A stretch of 35,172 nt of DNA from Octopus bimaculoides (Eukaryota). This document shows positions 13,172 to 24,046 of this stretch, one piece after another (the first letter of the stretch is position 1; the number at the start of each line of letters is the position of its first letter). The translations under genes and the position numbers were made by a program. The notes below the pieces were generated by a model, which worked only from the letters and a program-made list of their open reading frames with translations, was not told the DNA's origin and did not search any database. Where the stretch lies: the NCBI RefSeq assembly GCF_001194135.2, contig NC_068983.1, positions 69,264,869 to 69,300,040 of the forward strand, written 5' to 3'.

Positions 13172-13355
13172 GTGTTTGTGTGTCTGTCCCTGTCCCCACA
13201 ACATCGCTTGATAACTGATGCTGGTGTGTTTACGTCCCCGTAACTTATCGGTTCGGCAAAAGAGACCGATAGAATAAGTACTAGGCTTACAAAGAATAAG
13301 TCCTGGGGTCGATTTGCTCGACTAAAGACAGCGCTCCTGCATGGTCGCAGTCAAA
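13172..13355 (+). mobile_element. SINE family B, 3' part
   Basis: Reverse-complement match to 1826-1990. Confidence 0.75.
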
Positions 13356-13356
13356 T

Positions 13357-13673
13357 ATTCTCTGTAGAGTAAGATCGGACAACCAGAGAAAATGTGGTTT
13401 ATTATTTCTTCATAATCTTCAGCTACTTCACATCTTCTCCTACATTAAGTGCTTCTCCCACTTTAAGTGCTTCTCCCACATTAAGTGCTTATGGCAGCTT
13501 CGATTTTGTTCCGCAGTCAAAGATACTTCAGTCTGAATTTGGGTCCAGAGCATCTCAGCCATAGTTGTATGTTTTCTTTATCTATTTACAGAGATCAATT
13601 TTTTTCAGTTGTTGACTACTTAAGGTTTTTACTTTACATCGTTCTAACTAATACTAACTTTATTTTCTAACTT
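13357..13673 (-). mobile_element. R4-like LINE lineage 2, downstream half (split by the mariner)
   Basis: Minus strand reads IDKENIQLWLRCSGPK/TEVSLTAEQN (cf. WLRSSGLKxETEGxIxAAQDQ) and CEVAEDYEEIINHIFSGCPILLYREYL (zinc-knuckle region). Contains 3 copies of an 18-bp unit at 13434-13487. Confidence 0.65.
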
Positions 13674-14936
13674 TACGAGGGTGGTCTGAAAAGTTCATAG
13701 GCTGACTTTGAAGGAATAATGTTAGAGCTGTGGAATCTTGCATGCATTAATTTCAATTCTTTTTTTTTTTTTCAGCATTGTTTTTTTCCAGCTAAACTGA
13801 ACATTTCACTGTTCAAAGAAGACTTCGAAAATAATTAGTAGCGACCTTCAATTGAAAACAGGCAAAATTTAGCATTCTAGTGTTACCAAATACCTGCAAA
13901 AAAAAAAAAAAATGTTTAGCACCCAAAGACATTCCTGCTGATACATTTACTACATTAGTAGTAGACATGCTCCAGCTATATCATCAATACGGAAGTGGGC
14001 ATCTGTATTTGGGAGGAGAAGGGAAAGTCATGAAGACGACCCAAGGTCTGAAACTCCTGCAGCTGCCACGACCAAAGAAAACATTAATCGTGTTCAGCAC
14101 GATGGTGATGGATAACAGGCGATTGACTATAACTCAAATGATCAATGCTATTAGCATATACGGTGAGAAAGTTGAGAATATTCTGCACATTGAATTTGAT
14201 ATGACGAAGGTTTCTGCTTGGTGGATGCCACGTCTCCTGACACCTGATCAAAAGATTACCAGGCTGGTCACATCACTGGAAAATGTAACATTGTTTCGGG
14301 CAGATCAAGCTAGTTTCCTTGAACGTTTGCTAAGCCAAGATGAGTGATGCTAAGCCAAAGGCTAAGAGATAATCCATGCAATAGAAACACTTCTCCTCAC
14401 CTTCTCCAAAGTGATGGCCTCAGATTATTGGAATGGAAAACACATTGTGCTTATTGACTATCTTTATAAGGGCCACACCATCAATAGAAAGTAGTATGCC
14501 AACTTGCTGAGGCAGTTACGAAAGGCTATGAAGACCAAATTCTCAGAAAAACTGACAAAAAGGATCTTGTTTCATCAAGATAATGCTCCTCGATCTTGCT
14601 TTCAATGTCTGCTGTGTGTGACTGTGGCTTTAGACTGGCTGATCACCTTCCTTTTCCTCTTGATTTGGCCCCGTCTGATTATCATCTCCCTCCCAAAATG
14701 ACAAAAACACTTGGCTGGGGACCATATTGCAGTGATGAGGACGTCATATCTGCTGTTGATGACCAACGGGATCAAGGCTTCTTCACCAATGCAAGCACTT
14801 CTATTGATACAAGCACTTTAACACCGATAAAAGTGTGTCGACCACAAGGGGGACTGTGTTGAGAAACAAACCTCATTTGGTCACATTCCATGAGAATATC
14901 TTTGTCAGCCTATGCACTTTTCAGCCAATCCTGCTA
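13674..14936 (+). mobile_element. Near full-length decayed mariner (irritans/Himar1-like), 1263 bp
   Basis: ~33-bp TIRs (TACGAGGGTGGTCTGAAAAGTTCATAGGCTGAC; right end inverted TAGCAGGATTGGCTGAAAAGTGCATAGGCTGAC) with terminal TA. Motifs: WWMPRLLTPDQK (WVPRLL), SQDE, LFHQDNAP, LAPSDY (DD34D-type triad) and C-terminal KCVDHKGDCVEK. Frameshifts and stops are present. Confidence 0.95.
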
Positions 14937-15490
14937 TGTTTATGTTTAGTAGTTATTTGTATTTCTATACCTTTGTTCTATACATGATATTTTAGTAATT
15001 TGACAGTGGATGTTTAAGAATTGTTTTCTAATTACATAATATCCATATCGTGTCTGTATTTCTGGTTAATATATTCTCTCTGTGTCAGATTTTGAGTGGA
15101 ATATTCTAAATACAGTCGTTATTTTCCTAGTTTTTCTGGGTAGTTTTGTTAATTCACTTAAAGCTCAATTGAGTATATAATAATTATGTATTATTATAAC
15201 TTATCGGGACAGCTTGACCATTAATGCATAATGCCTTATTTTTATTTTTATTTATTTTCCATTTAGCTCTGTTGTACGGATTAATCCAAAGCGTCTACAA
15301 TATTCCTTCCTCGTCTTTTCTTTTATTGTTTGTGTTGCACACATCAATTTCATAGATTTCTAAATATTTCTCAGTCTGATTTTGGTCTAATTCTCTTATC
15401 TCTGCTTCTTTGTCAAGTACATTATATCCTTCATTAATTTTCCTCTCTTCATGGTTGTCTTGGCGTATGTTTGTTATGCGAATCTCATAC
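14937..15490 (-). mobile_element. R4-like LINE lineage 2, upstream half (post-YADD RT/thumb region)
   Basis: ORF 15295-15492(-) IRELDQNQTEKYLEIYE (cf. YKYLGI.E), then KEKTRKEYCRRFGLIRTTELNGK, LSELTKLPRKTRKITT..FHSKSDTERIY and QLENNS, running up to the mariner boundary. Confidence 0.75.
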
Positions 15491-15491
15491 A

Positions 15492-15526
15492 ATTATTATT
15501 ATTATCATCATCATCATCATTATTAA

Positions 15527-15595
<69 letters not shown>

Positions 15596-15603
15596 CATCA
15601 TCA

Positions 15604-15635
<32 letters not shown>
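15492..15635. repeat. (ATT)n/(ATC)n trinucleotide microsatellite
   Basis: Directly visible. Confidence 0.97.
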
Positions 15636-15636
<1 letters not shown>

Positions 15637-15697
15637 GATTGGCAGACTCATGAGAATACTGGAGAAAAAGTTGTGTAATATTTGTTGTGGTTTTGTT

Positions 15698-15805
15698 TTT
15701 AGTTCAAATTCTGCTGAGGTCAACTTTGCCTTTCATCGAGGAATGAAGTAATAAACATATACTGCGGTCAATGTAATTGTTTAACTCTTCCCCTAAAGAA
15801 TCGCT
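15698..15805 (+). mobile_element. SINE family A, diverged fragment
   Basis: AGTTCAAATTCTGCTGAGGTCAACTTTGCCTTTCATC matches the family A B-box and body. Confidence 0.65.
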
Positions 15806-15899
15806 GGATCTTGCCTACATGAGAAATAATGAAAATAGAAATAATTATTACGGAGAAGCAAAATGATTAGTAGTTTTCCTTCCGACTCATTATGTACAA

Positions 15900-16065
15900 T
15901 GTTTAAATTCCACTGGGGTTGACTTTCCCTTTATCCTTTCGTGATCGATAAATAGAGTACCTGTTGAGCACTGGTGTAGATATAATCGACTAGCCCCTTC
16001 ACCCTAAAATTTCAGGCCTTGTGCGTTTCGCAGAAAGGATTGTGATTATTATTATTATTATTATT
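15900..16065 (+). mobile_element. SINE family A, 5'-truncated, with an (ATT)n tail
   Basis: Body GTTGACTTT.CCTTT.ATCCTTTCG...ATAATCGACTAGCCCC...CAGGCCTTGTGC followed by (ATT)n. Confidence 0.8.
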
Positions 16066-16066
16066 A

Positions 16067-16200
16067 AAGCGGCGAGCTGGTAGAATCGTTAGCAGGCCGG
16101 GACAAAATGGTTAGCGGCATTTCGTCCATCTTTACACACTGAGTTAAAATTCCACCGAGGTCGGCTCTACTTTTATCCCTTCGGAGTCCATGAAATGAGT
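16067..16200 (+). mobile_element. SINE family A, 5' part with a tRNA-like head
   Basis: A-box-like TGGTAGAATCGTTAG and B-box-like GAGTTAAAATTCC, followed by the family A body. Confidence 0.8.
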
Positions 16201-16429
16201 TGATAAAAGTCTGTTCAATTGATGTTTGTCAACGCCCATAGTCCACGAATACAATACTGTACTTCAGTATCCTAGTTCAGGCCCCTTAACACATTTAAAC
16301 TTAACAATACATGATCATTAATAACTTGAATATTGCAAATCTCCATTTCAAGCAATGCTCTGAGTCACCACTCAAGGGATTAGTAGTGCACTGAGTAGCA
16401 GTCTTGATGCTATTGCCTTAGTCATTTTC

Positions 16430-17075
16430 GAAACAGAAAATTGTTTCTTAAACTAGCCAATTATGGAATATCTTGTATAGTTTTTTTACATCAACAAATC
16501 AATTCTATGACAAGTCTGAAAGTTGCCGCCAACCGTCATTCGTCTGACATTTATTATAAAATCGATGTAGGAGAAGATTCTTTATTAGCATACTGTGATG
16601 CAACAGTTGACAGCTTTATTTATTAAAATATCATACTTGGCTCTCGCAGCTGGTCTTTTCAGTAACCTGATATCGAGCAAGCTTCCAAGACCAACCCAAT
16701 GTCTTTCTATCCACATCATAAAGTTTCTGGTATTTTCCTCTAATTCAATGGATAGGACTGCTTTGGATAAGTCGTCTCATGGGATAGACTTCTAGGTTCA
16801 AAATTTATACTTGATTTGAGATGAGATTCTTACATTATGTCTTTTGCCAGGGTTATAGCTAGGATAGTGGACCCGTTATATCGTTCAAAAGACTTTCTAA
16901 CACCTGTAGTTCAGTTGTATGGTTCCAAGTGCAAATTTGACCAGAATGGAATACTTCTCATTTACTTAAGCGGGTTCTTCAAAACATCTGCTGTCCACTA
17001 TTGATAGAGTGTAGAAATGGTAATGAATTTTGTTTTGTCTCTCCAAACACTCTATCGCCTACAAAATACTGCAAG
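16430..17075 (+). mobile_element. Heavily decayed CR1/L2-like reverse transcriptase fragment
   Basis: Manual translation across stops and frameshifts gives LFLKLANYGIS (cf. LLxKLxxYGI), RLLGSKFILDLR*DSYIMS..LYRSKDFLTP (cf. LLGxxFxxDLxWxxYI..LYRxRxFLTP) and MEYFS..AGSSKHLLSTIDRV*K (cf. MEYCxHIWxG..LDRVQK). Confidence 0.7.
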
Positions 17076-17111
17076 TTATAGTCTTTTTGTGGAGGTACTT
17101 CTATATAGAGA

Positions 17112-17408
17112 AGGTGTGTGGCTTAGAGATTAAGGTATTCGACTTACGACCATACGATCGCGAGTTCGATTTCCGGCGGCGCGTTGTGTCCTTCAATAAG
17201 ACAGTAGTATCTATGATTCAAAGGGACCAGTCTTGTCAATTTCAGTGCCACACTTCCTAACGCCAACCACTCCGAGAGTGTAGTGGGTGCTTTTATGTGC
17301 CACCGGCACGAAGGCCAGTCACGAGGTACTGGCAACGGCCACGTTCGAAATGGTGTATTTTACGTGCCACCTGCACAGGAGCTCTAAACGAAATAGGCGA
17401 TGGCAATA

Positions 17409-17472
<64 letters not shown>

Positions 17473-17662
17473 GTGTGTGTGTGTGTGTGTGTGTGTCTCA
17501 TTGGAAATAATTATATAAATGCAATGGATATTTATGGATCTCTGAAGACTATGTTAAGAGTACGTGTGTCTATGGAGTGCTCAGCCACCTTAATTTCAGA
17601 AGCAGGCTCTTCCGTTGATCGGATCAACTGGAATCCTCGTAGTCGTAACCAACGGAGTGCCA
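17112..17662 (+). mobile_element. tRNA-derived SINE family C, interrupted by a nested repeat fragment plus (TA)n(TG)n at ~17246-17520
   Basis: A box TGGCTTAGAGATTAAGG, B box GAGTTCGATTTCC and CORE-like GTGTCCTTCAATAAGACA. Assigning 17525-17662 as the 3' half rests on my recollection of the consensus. Confidence 0.6.
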
Positions 17663-18799
17663 CTTCTATAGAAAGTATTCATATTAGCACCATGTCATCG
17701 TTTAACTTGTCCGAGATAAACTTTCTTTTTGTTGTTTTTCTATAGAATATGATCATGATCTATTTAACTTAAAGGTTAACAAGTATCTAATGTTCGAGAC
17801 TTTTTAATAGTTTTATCGGTTCTTTTATTACTATCTCTTTTTAGTCTATATTAGTTGCTTGTTTATTACCATCTTATTTACCATATTTCATTGCCAGTTA
17901 TAGGCAGTTCTTTTTTTCCTGCCATCTCATCGTATTCCATTTAAATCTTTATTTCATTGCTATCATTTACTTGCTATCCGATATATATATATATAACAGA
18001 TAGCAATATAGCTTATTTGGTATTAATGCTAATCCCTTTTTCCTCTAACGGTTGTCCTATGATCTTTGCTTGGAGCGATTTCGATTAAAGACAAAAGTTC
18101 TCTATTGAAAGCAAGTGCAGACGTATTACGCATACACAGATTTGTAGAAAATTTTGAGCGCCAGACAATATTCTAGATATTATACGCTAAACCTTGGTCT
18201 TCAGTTGATCTCTGTCCACCTCTTTCAAACATAAACACAAATATGCATATATACGAAAACGTACTTTCACCTCAACCCTCATCGAATTTTTCCGACGTGG
18301 ATAACTAATCTTGCGAGAAAATAACGAAAATATAAAAACAAATGAAAATAGCAAAAACATTTTCAGAAAAGCTACACACTGTCTAAATATGGACAACATT
18401 ATGGAAACCACACCAAGACCAAAACCAAATACAGGCTAATCCACTACAATTCAACCGTCATCATTATCAACACACCCACCTCAACAAAATGAAAACACAC
18501 AGAAGAGCAGTACAAGGAGATACACAAACACAACAAAGTACAACCATCACAAACATTGTGCAGATAAGGAGCACAAAAAAAAAAATGATGTCCTTTATCG
18601 CATAAAGAGACATTGAAAAAGAGGGAGATTTCTTCAGCGCTAGTACTTTCAAATTGGCACAAAATTTGAAAAGACGTGAGGACCTAGAACAAATAGTGCG
18701 AGACATTTTGCCAACGTTCTAACGATTTTGCCTGTCCACTGCTCTTTTGTTAGTAATTTAAATAACTGGTTAGCAATACTAAGGTGGTGGTGGTGGGGA

Positions 18800-18875
18800 G
18801 GTAGTCAATACCATCAACTCCTGTACTTGACTGTTACTTTATTTTATAGGTCCCGAAAGAACGGAAGTTAAAAAT
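18800..18875 (-). mobile_element. SINE family A, diverged fragment (antisense)
   Basis: GTCAATACCATCAACTCC...ACTTTATTTTATAGGTCCCGAAAG resembles the reverse complement of the family A body. Confidence 0.5.
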
Positions 18876-20889
18876 TGCTTCCTTTAGGTATACTTCCTCC
18901 AAGGAAGCTTAACCATAGCCAATCCCTATGATCAAGCTTGGATCGGTTACTGTATTGTATGAAAAATCCGATGATTTGACTACGAATATATTCTAATTGA
19001 TAACAATTCTGATTAATACTTCTAAACACGTACCAATTATTCACTATTTAGAATTGAAATGCTTGTAATATACGTTTTTGAAGTATATCCCTTTTTACTT
19101 GAATACGAAATATCAGATAGCGGTGCTGCTATTCATACCCGATTAAAATTGTATATCATTACAATGTTATAAGCGGACACTGAATGTCAATTTTCCACAT
19201 ATTAAACAGGTTTCAATAAATTCTTTCATATTAAGCTTCTTTTTTGTTTCGTAAATATATTTTTCAAATGATAATCAAGTGACTCGCAAAGTTGGACGAT
19301 GCAGACATGTAAGAGTTAAGTAATAAAAGCAATCATTAATCACAATTATGGATTTCTGTGGTAATCATGATATACTTTCGACCAGTAATAGACACATAGT
19401 TACATGCATGGTTGGAATAATTGAAGGAGGAAGCCACCATCACAACATAGATTGCGCAAATTGTGCAGTGAAAAAATTTATTTTATAGCATTGCCTTATG
19501 CATGGAGCAATTATAATAGATGTTTAATTTAATGTCTACTAATATAATTATCTTGTTCCATTGTATATTTCAATAAGCTTGGATCGGTTACTGCACTCAC
19601 ACACACACACACACACACACATAAACGTATGCATGCTTGTGTGTGTATGTGTGTGTATGCGTGTATATGTGTGTGTATGAGTATGTATGCGTGTATGTTT
19701 GTGTGTATCTATCATTTATCTCTTTATACATCAATCTACACACAAACCTATACACAAGTAGAAATGCCCAATCTTGCTCACTTTTATTAATACTTAAAAT
19801 ATACAATCACACGAATTCGCTTTATTTTCAAAAACTGCTTCAAAAAGATACTCCAGTTGGCCCAGGAATGTTAAATCAGTTAAAATTATCGCATTCATGT
19901 TACATGGAAGATGGTTTAAACTGAGCTACGTAAAAATGCGGAAAATCATCGCATTGATAATGAACTATACCCCGGTATTCTTATTCTTTTTCTAAGAAAA
20001 CAGGTCCCCAGACCCGCCCCCAATGCTGTATTGATTTACATAATTACTTTAAGGGAGGTATTTTTCTAATCAGAACTTTTTAAAACATCATTTACAATAA
20101 TTTCAACCAGTCATGCACATATAAGAAGCTGGTCTATAGCCCTTTTTGCACCATCGACTGGTTTCATCCAAGATGTTAAATGAAAACTGGCCCATTGATA
20201 ACAAAACCGCAGCATTATTAATTTGAACTGTTGTATATGACCAGCTCTATCGCATTGAACCCAGTACTGAGGTCACATGGAAAACCTTCGAAAACTAATT
20301 GCTTGTTGAGGGATTCATTTCCCGGCGCTTATGTTTTTTGATCAGGTTAATGTATGTGCGTTTTCCTGTTATTTAGCAGATGTTGTCCGACTTATTCCAT
20401 ACAATTATGGAACTGATCATAAGTCTCTTCGCTTACCTGAGATTGAAGCTTTCGGTGTTTTATGAGAGCTTCCATTTACGTCGTGCGCACGCTTTACACA
20501 CTGGGTTTATGCTTTTGGTTAACTCTGTCATTATTTACTGAACCTTTCCACGATGCACTTTTGCTAATATCTATGTATTTTTACCGCTCTTTCTTTGGAA
20601 GAAGGTAGAGAAGGAGAGAGTGAAGAGAAGACAGACAACCCTCCAACGTGAATGGCTTCGTTGGAAAAGTTTTCCTATGTTCAACACTCTGGCGAAATTC
20701 CATTTACATATCAGCTGCAAATGATATTAAAAATAGATATTTCTCAGCATCATTTCAAATAGGTTTTTAAATTAAAAATGAGTCTATTAAGGGTGTATAT
20801 ATTATTTATGTATGTATCTACAATGTACATTAGTGTCTATATCTATGCTTGCAAGTTTTTCTATGTATTCATGAATGTTAGCATGTAAG

Positions 20890-21010
20890 AATGTATGCGT
20901 GTAGGTATGTATGCATGTATAATTATTTGTATGTATGTATGTATGTATGTATGTATGTATGTATGTATGTATGTTTGTTTGTGTGTATGTATGCATGTAT
21001 GTATACATGC
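20890..21010. repeat. (TATG)n microsatellite
   Basis: Directly visible; abuts the RT fragment at 21010. Confidence 0.95.
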
Positions 21011-22560
21011 ATGAGGTCATTATTTTTAAATCCCTTGATTTCTTCATTTAAAGGAGCTGCTTCAAAAATAAGTAGAACCTATTGATATCACAGATTTTGT
21101 GCGGTTTCCATTTGACGTCAAGATTTTGCAGGTTTTTATATCCATGGAATGTATTTCCTCAATAAATTGTCAGTCAACTATACCAAATGTTGCTATCGGT
21201 CTTGGTATTGCAAATGCATTGAGGGATATTGTGTTGTAAGAGAAGAGCTGCCACTAATTGTAAAAGAAGAGCTGCTGTAATATTCTCTGGTTACTCTATC
21301 TTTGTACACACTGTGTGATATAATTTCATCAATGCATTAGTGATTGCAGCATTCTTTGTGTGGAACTGGAAAGATAGAGAGACCGTTGATGCAGAGATTC
21401 TTGGTCCGAGGGACTCATTTACCCTGTTCAACAATACAATATTTTCACTTCTTTTGGCCAAATTCCATTCCTATGTCAACTAAAAATGTTATTACTTCTA
21501 CCTGTTTTTTCTTTGTTTTTCTGGGGGGGTTTTTTTGTATTGTGAATAGTTTTAGATCTTGAGGTCATCCACAAAGAAATTATGGGTTACATTAGTATCT
21601 TCAGCAGTTGCAGACCCTAGTATGTAGCCGTTTGAATGGATTTAATGCCAAAATTAACATAGTTACAGGTAGACCTGGAATATTGCCCTTGAAATATTTA
21701 TAACATCAAAGACAACCCTTCTACTCTCATCTGTAAGTGTGAGGGTTGTTACCCAAATCTTTATGAGCCTCACAATGGCAGCAGCTAAGGTAGCAGTTAC
21801 TTTTGCCAGATGTGGAGACTTCGGCAACCATGAATGGAGACGAGAGCCGAATGCGTTTCCATAATTAAGCCATGCTAGCACAAGGTTTCTACAGCACAGT
21901 TTCGTTTATCAAAAGTTGGTCGGCACTTCCCCACACCCCTTTGTTTCCATCTGCTTCTTCATTAGTCACTATGTTATTGGACTCAGAATGATCCAGGAGA
22001 AGTTGTCTGAGACATCGTGTATAAAGCCTGTATATAATGTTTGGGCAAGTAAGGGACTTATAGCTGCCCGCCAACTCAATGGTTTCTTTCTTTGATATAA
22101 GATTTGCTTGCGTTATAGCAAACCAATTTATTTAAATGTAATTCTGGCCTTCCATAATTCTTGTGAATATACGTATTAATGAGTTTCTGTAGAAGTTCAA
22201 CCTCTTTTAGCAGTATCCAGCTATTAGGTCTCTTCCAGGTGTTTTTGCCTACAGTTATAGTGAAAGTTTCATGGTCGATTATGGATGTTTTAATGTCGAT
22301 GCTGCTATACTATTCTTTCCCAGCTGTATCTATTCACGATACATTCTCGTTGAAATTCTCCCTTCTGTTACAGAAATAAAACACAAATTATTCAAGATCT
22401 TGAGAAGAAGCTCTCTTAACAGTAATGTTTTTCTTCCTTTTTTGCCGGTATAATGCCTGTGGATTGGAAGCAGATTTGGGATTTATACGGGATCACTTGA
22501 AAACTTTTCTATGATAACGTCTTTTGCTCAGCATCTTTACTTTGAACAATATTAAAATAA
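21010..22560 (-). mobile_element. R4/Dong-like RT fragment (lineage 1 type), truncated at both ends
   Basis: ORFs 21889-22074 (GSYKSLTCPNIIYRLY...GNKGVWGSADQLLIN) and 21663-21881 (WLNYGNAFGSRLHSWL). Catalytic motif VTHNFFVDDLK at ~21557-21590, then DIGMEFG and MDIKTCKILT. Confidence 0.9.
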
Positions 22561-22699
22561 CTAGCTTTTACTCAAGTACTTGGTGCAGCTTAAAACTATT
22601 ATAAACATATTAGTAATACATATGAAAACAGAAAATCGTTGATTTACGGAGAGCTGTGTGGCAACACTTATTAAATGCAGCCAAAGAAATAAACACTGA

Positions 22700-23950
22700 G
22701 TGACTGCAAAAGCGAATACTTGAAGCAAGTGTGGTTTCAGGCCATCATTTTTTTCTATGTTTTTCTATGTGAGTACTGACACTCTGAGCAACTGATTTAC
22801 TACGCGAAGATATCTCTGAGGACATAGAAAAACTACTAACAATAGATATGCTTACATCAATAGTGATATTGATTGGCTGCCTCCTCTTTGTAAAACAATA
22901 ACAATGAGGCACAAATCTTAACATTGATTCATGTAGACTTTGAATGGGTCATCGTATCTTTCGATGGGATCTACTGAGACCGATGGCAGCGTAGGAGTTG
23001 TGAAAGAGCTTCTTGGAAAGAGCTTCTTGGAAAGAGCTTCTTGGAAAGAGCTTCTTGGAAAGAGCTTCTTGGAAAGAGCTTCTTGGAAAGAGCTTCTTGG
23101 AAAGAGCTTCTTGGAAAGAGCTTCTTGATGACCAAGGAAACGTCGAAGGAGAAGTTGCATACCACTATTATAATATGTCAAACGAAAGGCTTACCTTTGG
23201 TTAGCTGAAGATTATGCATGGCTTTGTGGTCAGAAAACAGCAGAGAATCAGTAATATAGATAGCCAAAGTAGTGTATTTTGGGGAAAGAACAGGTATATT
23301 TGTTCTGAATTTTAGATTGAACTTTTGCCATCCAGGATAAGGAAATGACAACAAAATATCTGATGCATAAACAGTATTTGGATGACAGTAAAACACCTAG
23401 ATACACAAATGATAAAGACTGTTTGGAATTAATACTGAAGATGTGGCCCATGTCATGAGCTGCTGTCCGAAAATGTCATCACAATAGTATGTACACATAA
23501 GGTATGATGTAGCGGTGAAAACACAATAAAATAAAATATGTAGAAAGGTTAGTCCAAAATATCAAGAAAAGACGTGCAAGGCTGATGTAAGAAGGCATAC
23601 TCACCCATTATATGAAAGAATACAAGTGAAATGTTCTTAGTGAAGCTTCGGCAAAATGTTGGCATGGCGGATAAGTTAAACGATCTGAGAGAGAGAAAAG
23701 AAAATGCAGAAGATATTACGATAATATTAAAATAAAAGAGCAGGTAAAAGCATTTATCATGAATTAATAATGAGAAATCTGTTGAAGTTACATCCAGAGA
23801 ATATCTTCAGATTTGTAGTTGTTATTATTGGGGACAATTGAAGATGTAACTAAAAGCCTCAGTACCAATGTGGAAAAAATGAACTCAGAAAATCTAAATG
23901 TGTGATTACGTAAAAGGTTTCAGGGTTTAGCTTGCAGTAGCTTCATATCC
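22700..23950 (+). mobile_element. Old R4/Dong-like fragment (thumb, zinc knuckle, REL)
   Basis: Across frameshifts: YINSDIDWL, KIMHGFVVRK..IDSQSSVFW, FAIQDKEMTTKYLMHK, TEDVAHVMSCCPKMSS, and LMRNLLKFT-like/PENIFRFV-like REL tail segments. Confidence 0.75.
23002..23127. repeat. Perfect minisatellite, 9 x GAAAGAGCTTCTTG (14 bp)
   Basis: Counted directly: 126 bp with no mismatches. It explains the 14-aa periodic ORFs. Confidence 0.97.
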
Positions 23951-23984
23951 ACATATATAGACATACAAAGATATGTATGTGTAC

Positions 23985-24046
23985 ACATACATACATACAT
24001 ACATGCATACATACATACATACATACATACATACATACATACATAC
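23985..24046. repeat. (TACA)n microsatellite between two R4-like fragments
   Basis: Directly visible. Confidence 0.95.

Noticed and set aside
134-13243. Long ORF-track entries rich in YI/HT/CV/X
   Set aside because: They are translations of (TA)n, (CA)n, (TATG)n and N runs, which lack stop codons; they are not genes.
13880-14862. Domesticated or active mariner gene (SETMAR-like)
   Set aside because: Multiple frameshifts and stops, loss of residues after the first catalytic Asp, intact TIRs and no fused domain.
15451-15678. Poly-Leu/poly-Ile ORFs resembling a signal peptide or transmembrane segment
   Set aside because: They are translations of the (ATT)n microsatellite.
16067-17180. tRNA genes at 16067 and 17112
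   Set aside because: A and B boxes are present but run directly into SINE bodies, with no complete cloverleaf or terminator evident.
23002-23127. CRISPR-like array
   Set aside because: Contiguous 14-bp units with no spacers, in a eukaryotic context.
21010-23950. Back-to-back R4 fragments as a single twin-primed (5'-inverted) insertion
   Set aside because: The two pieces overlap in homology (both contain the RKxLT..NSDI region) yet differ strongly in sequence, and the left flank reads (TATG)n rather than (TACA)n on the plus strand. Two independent insertions fit better.
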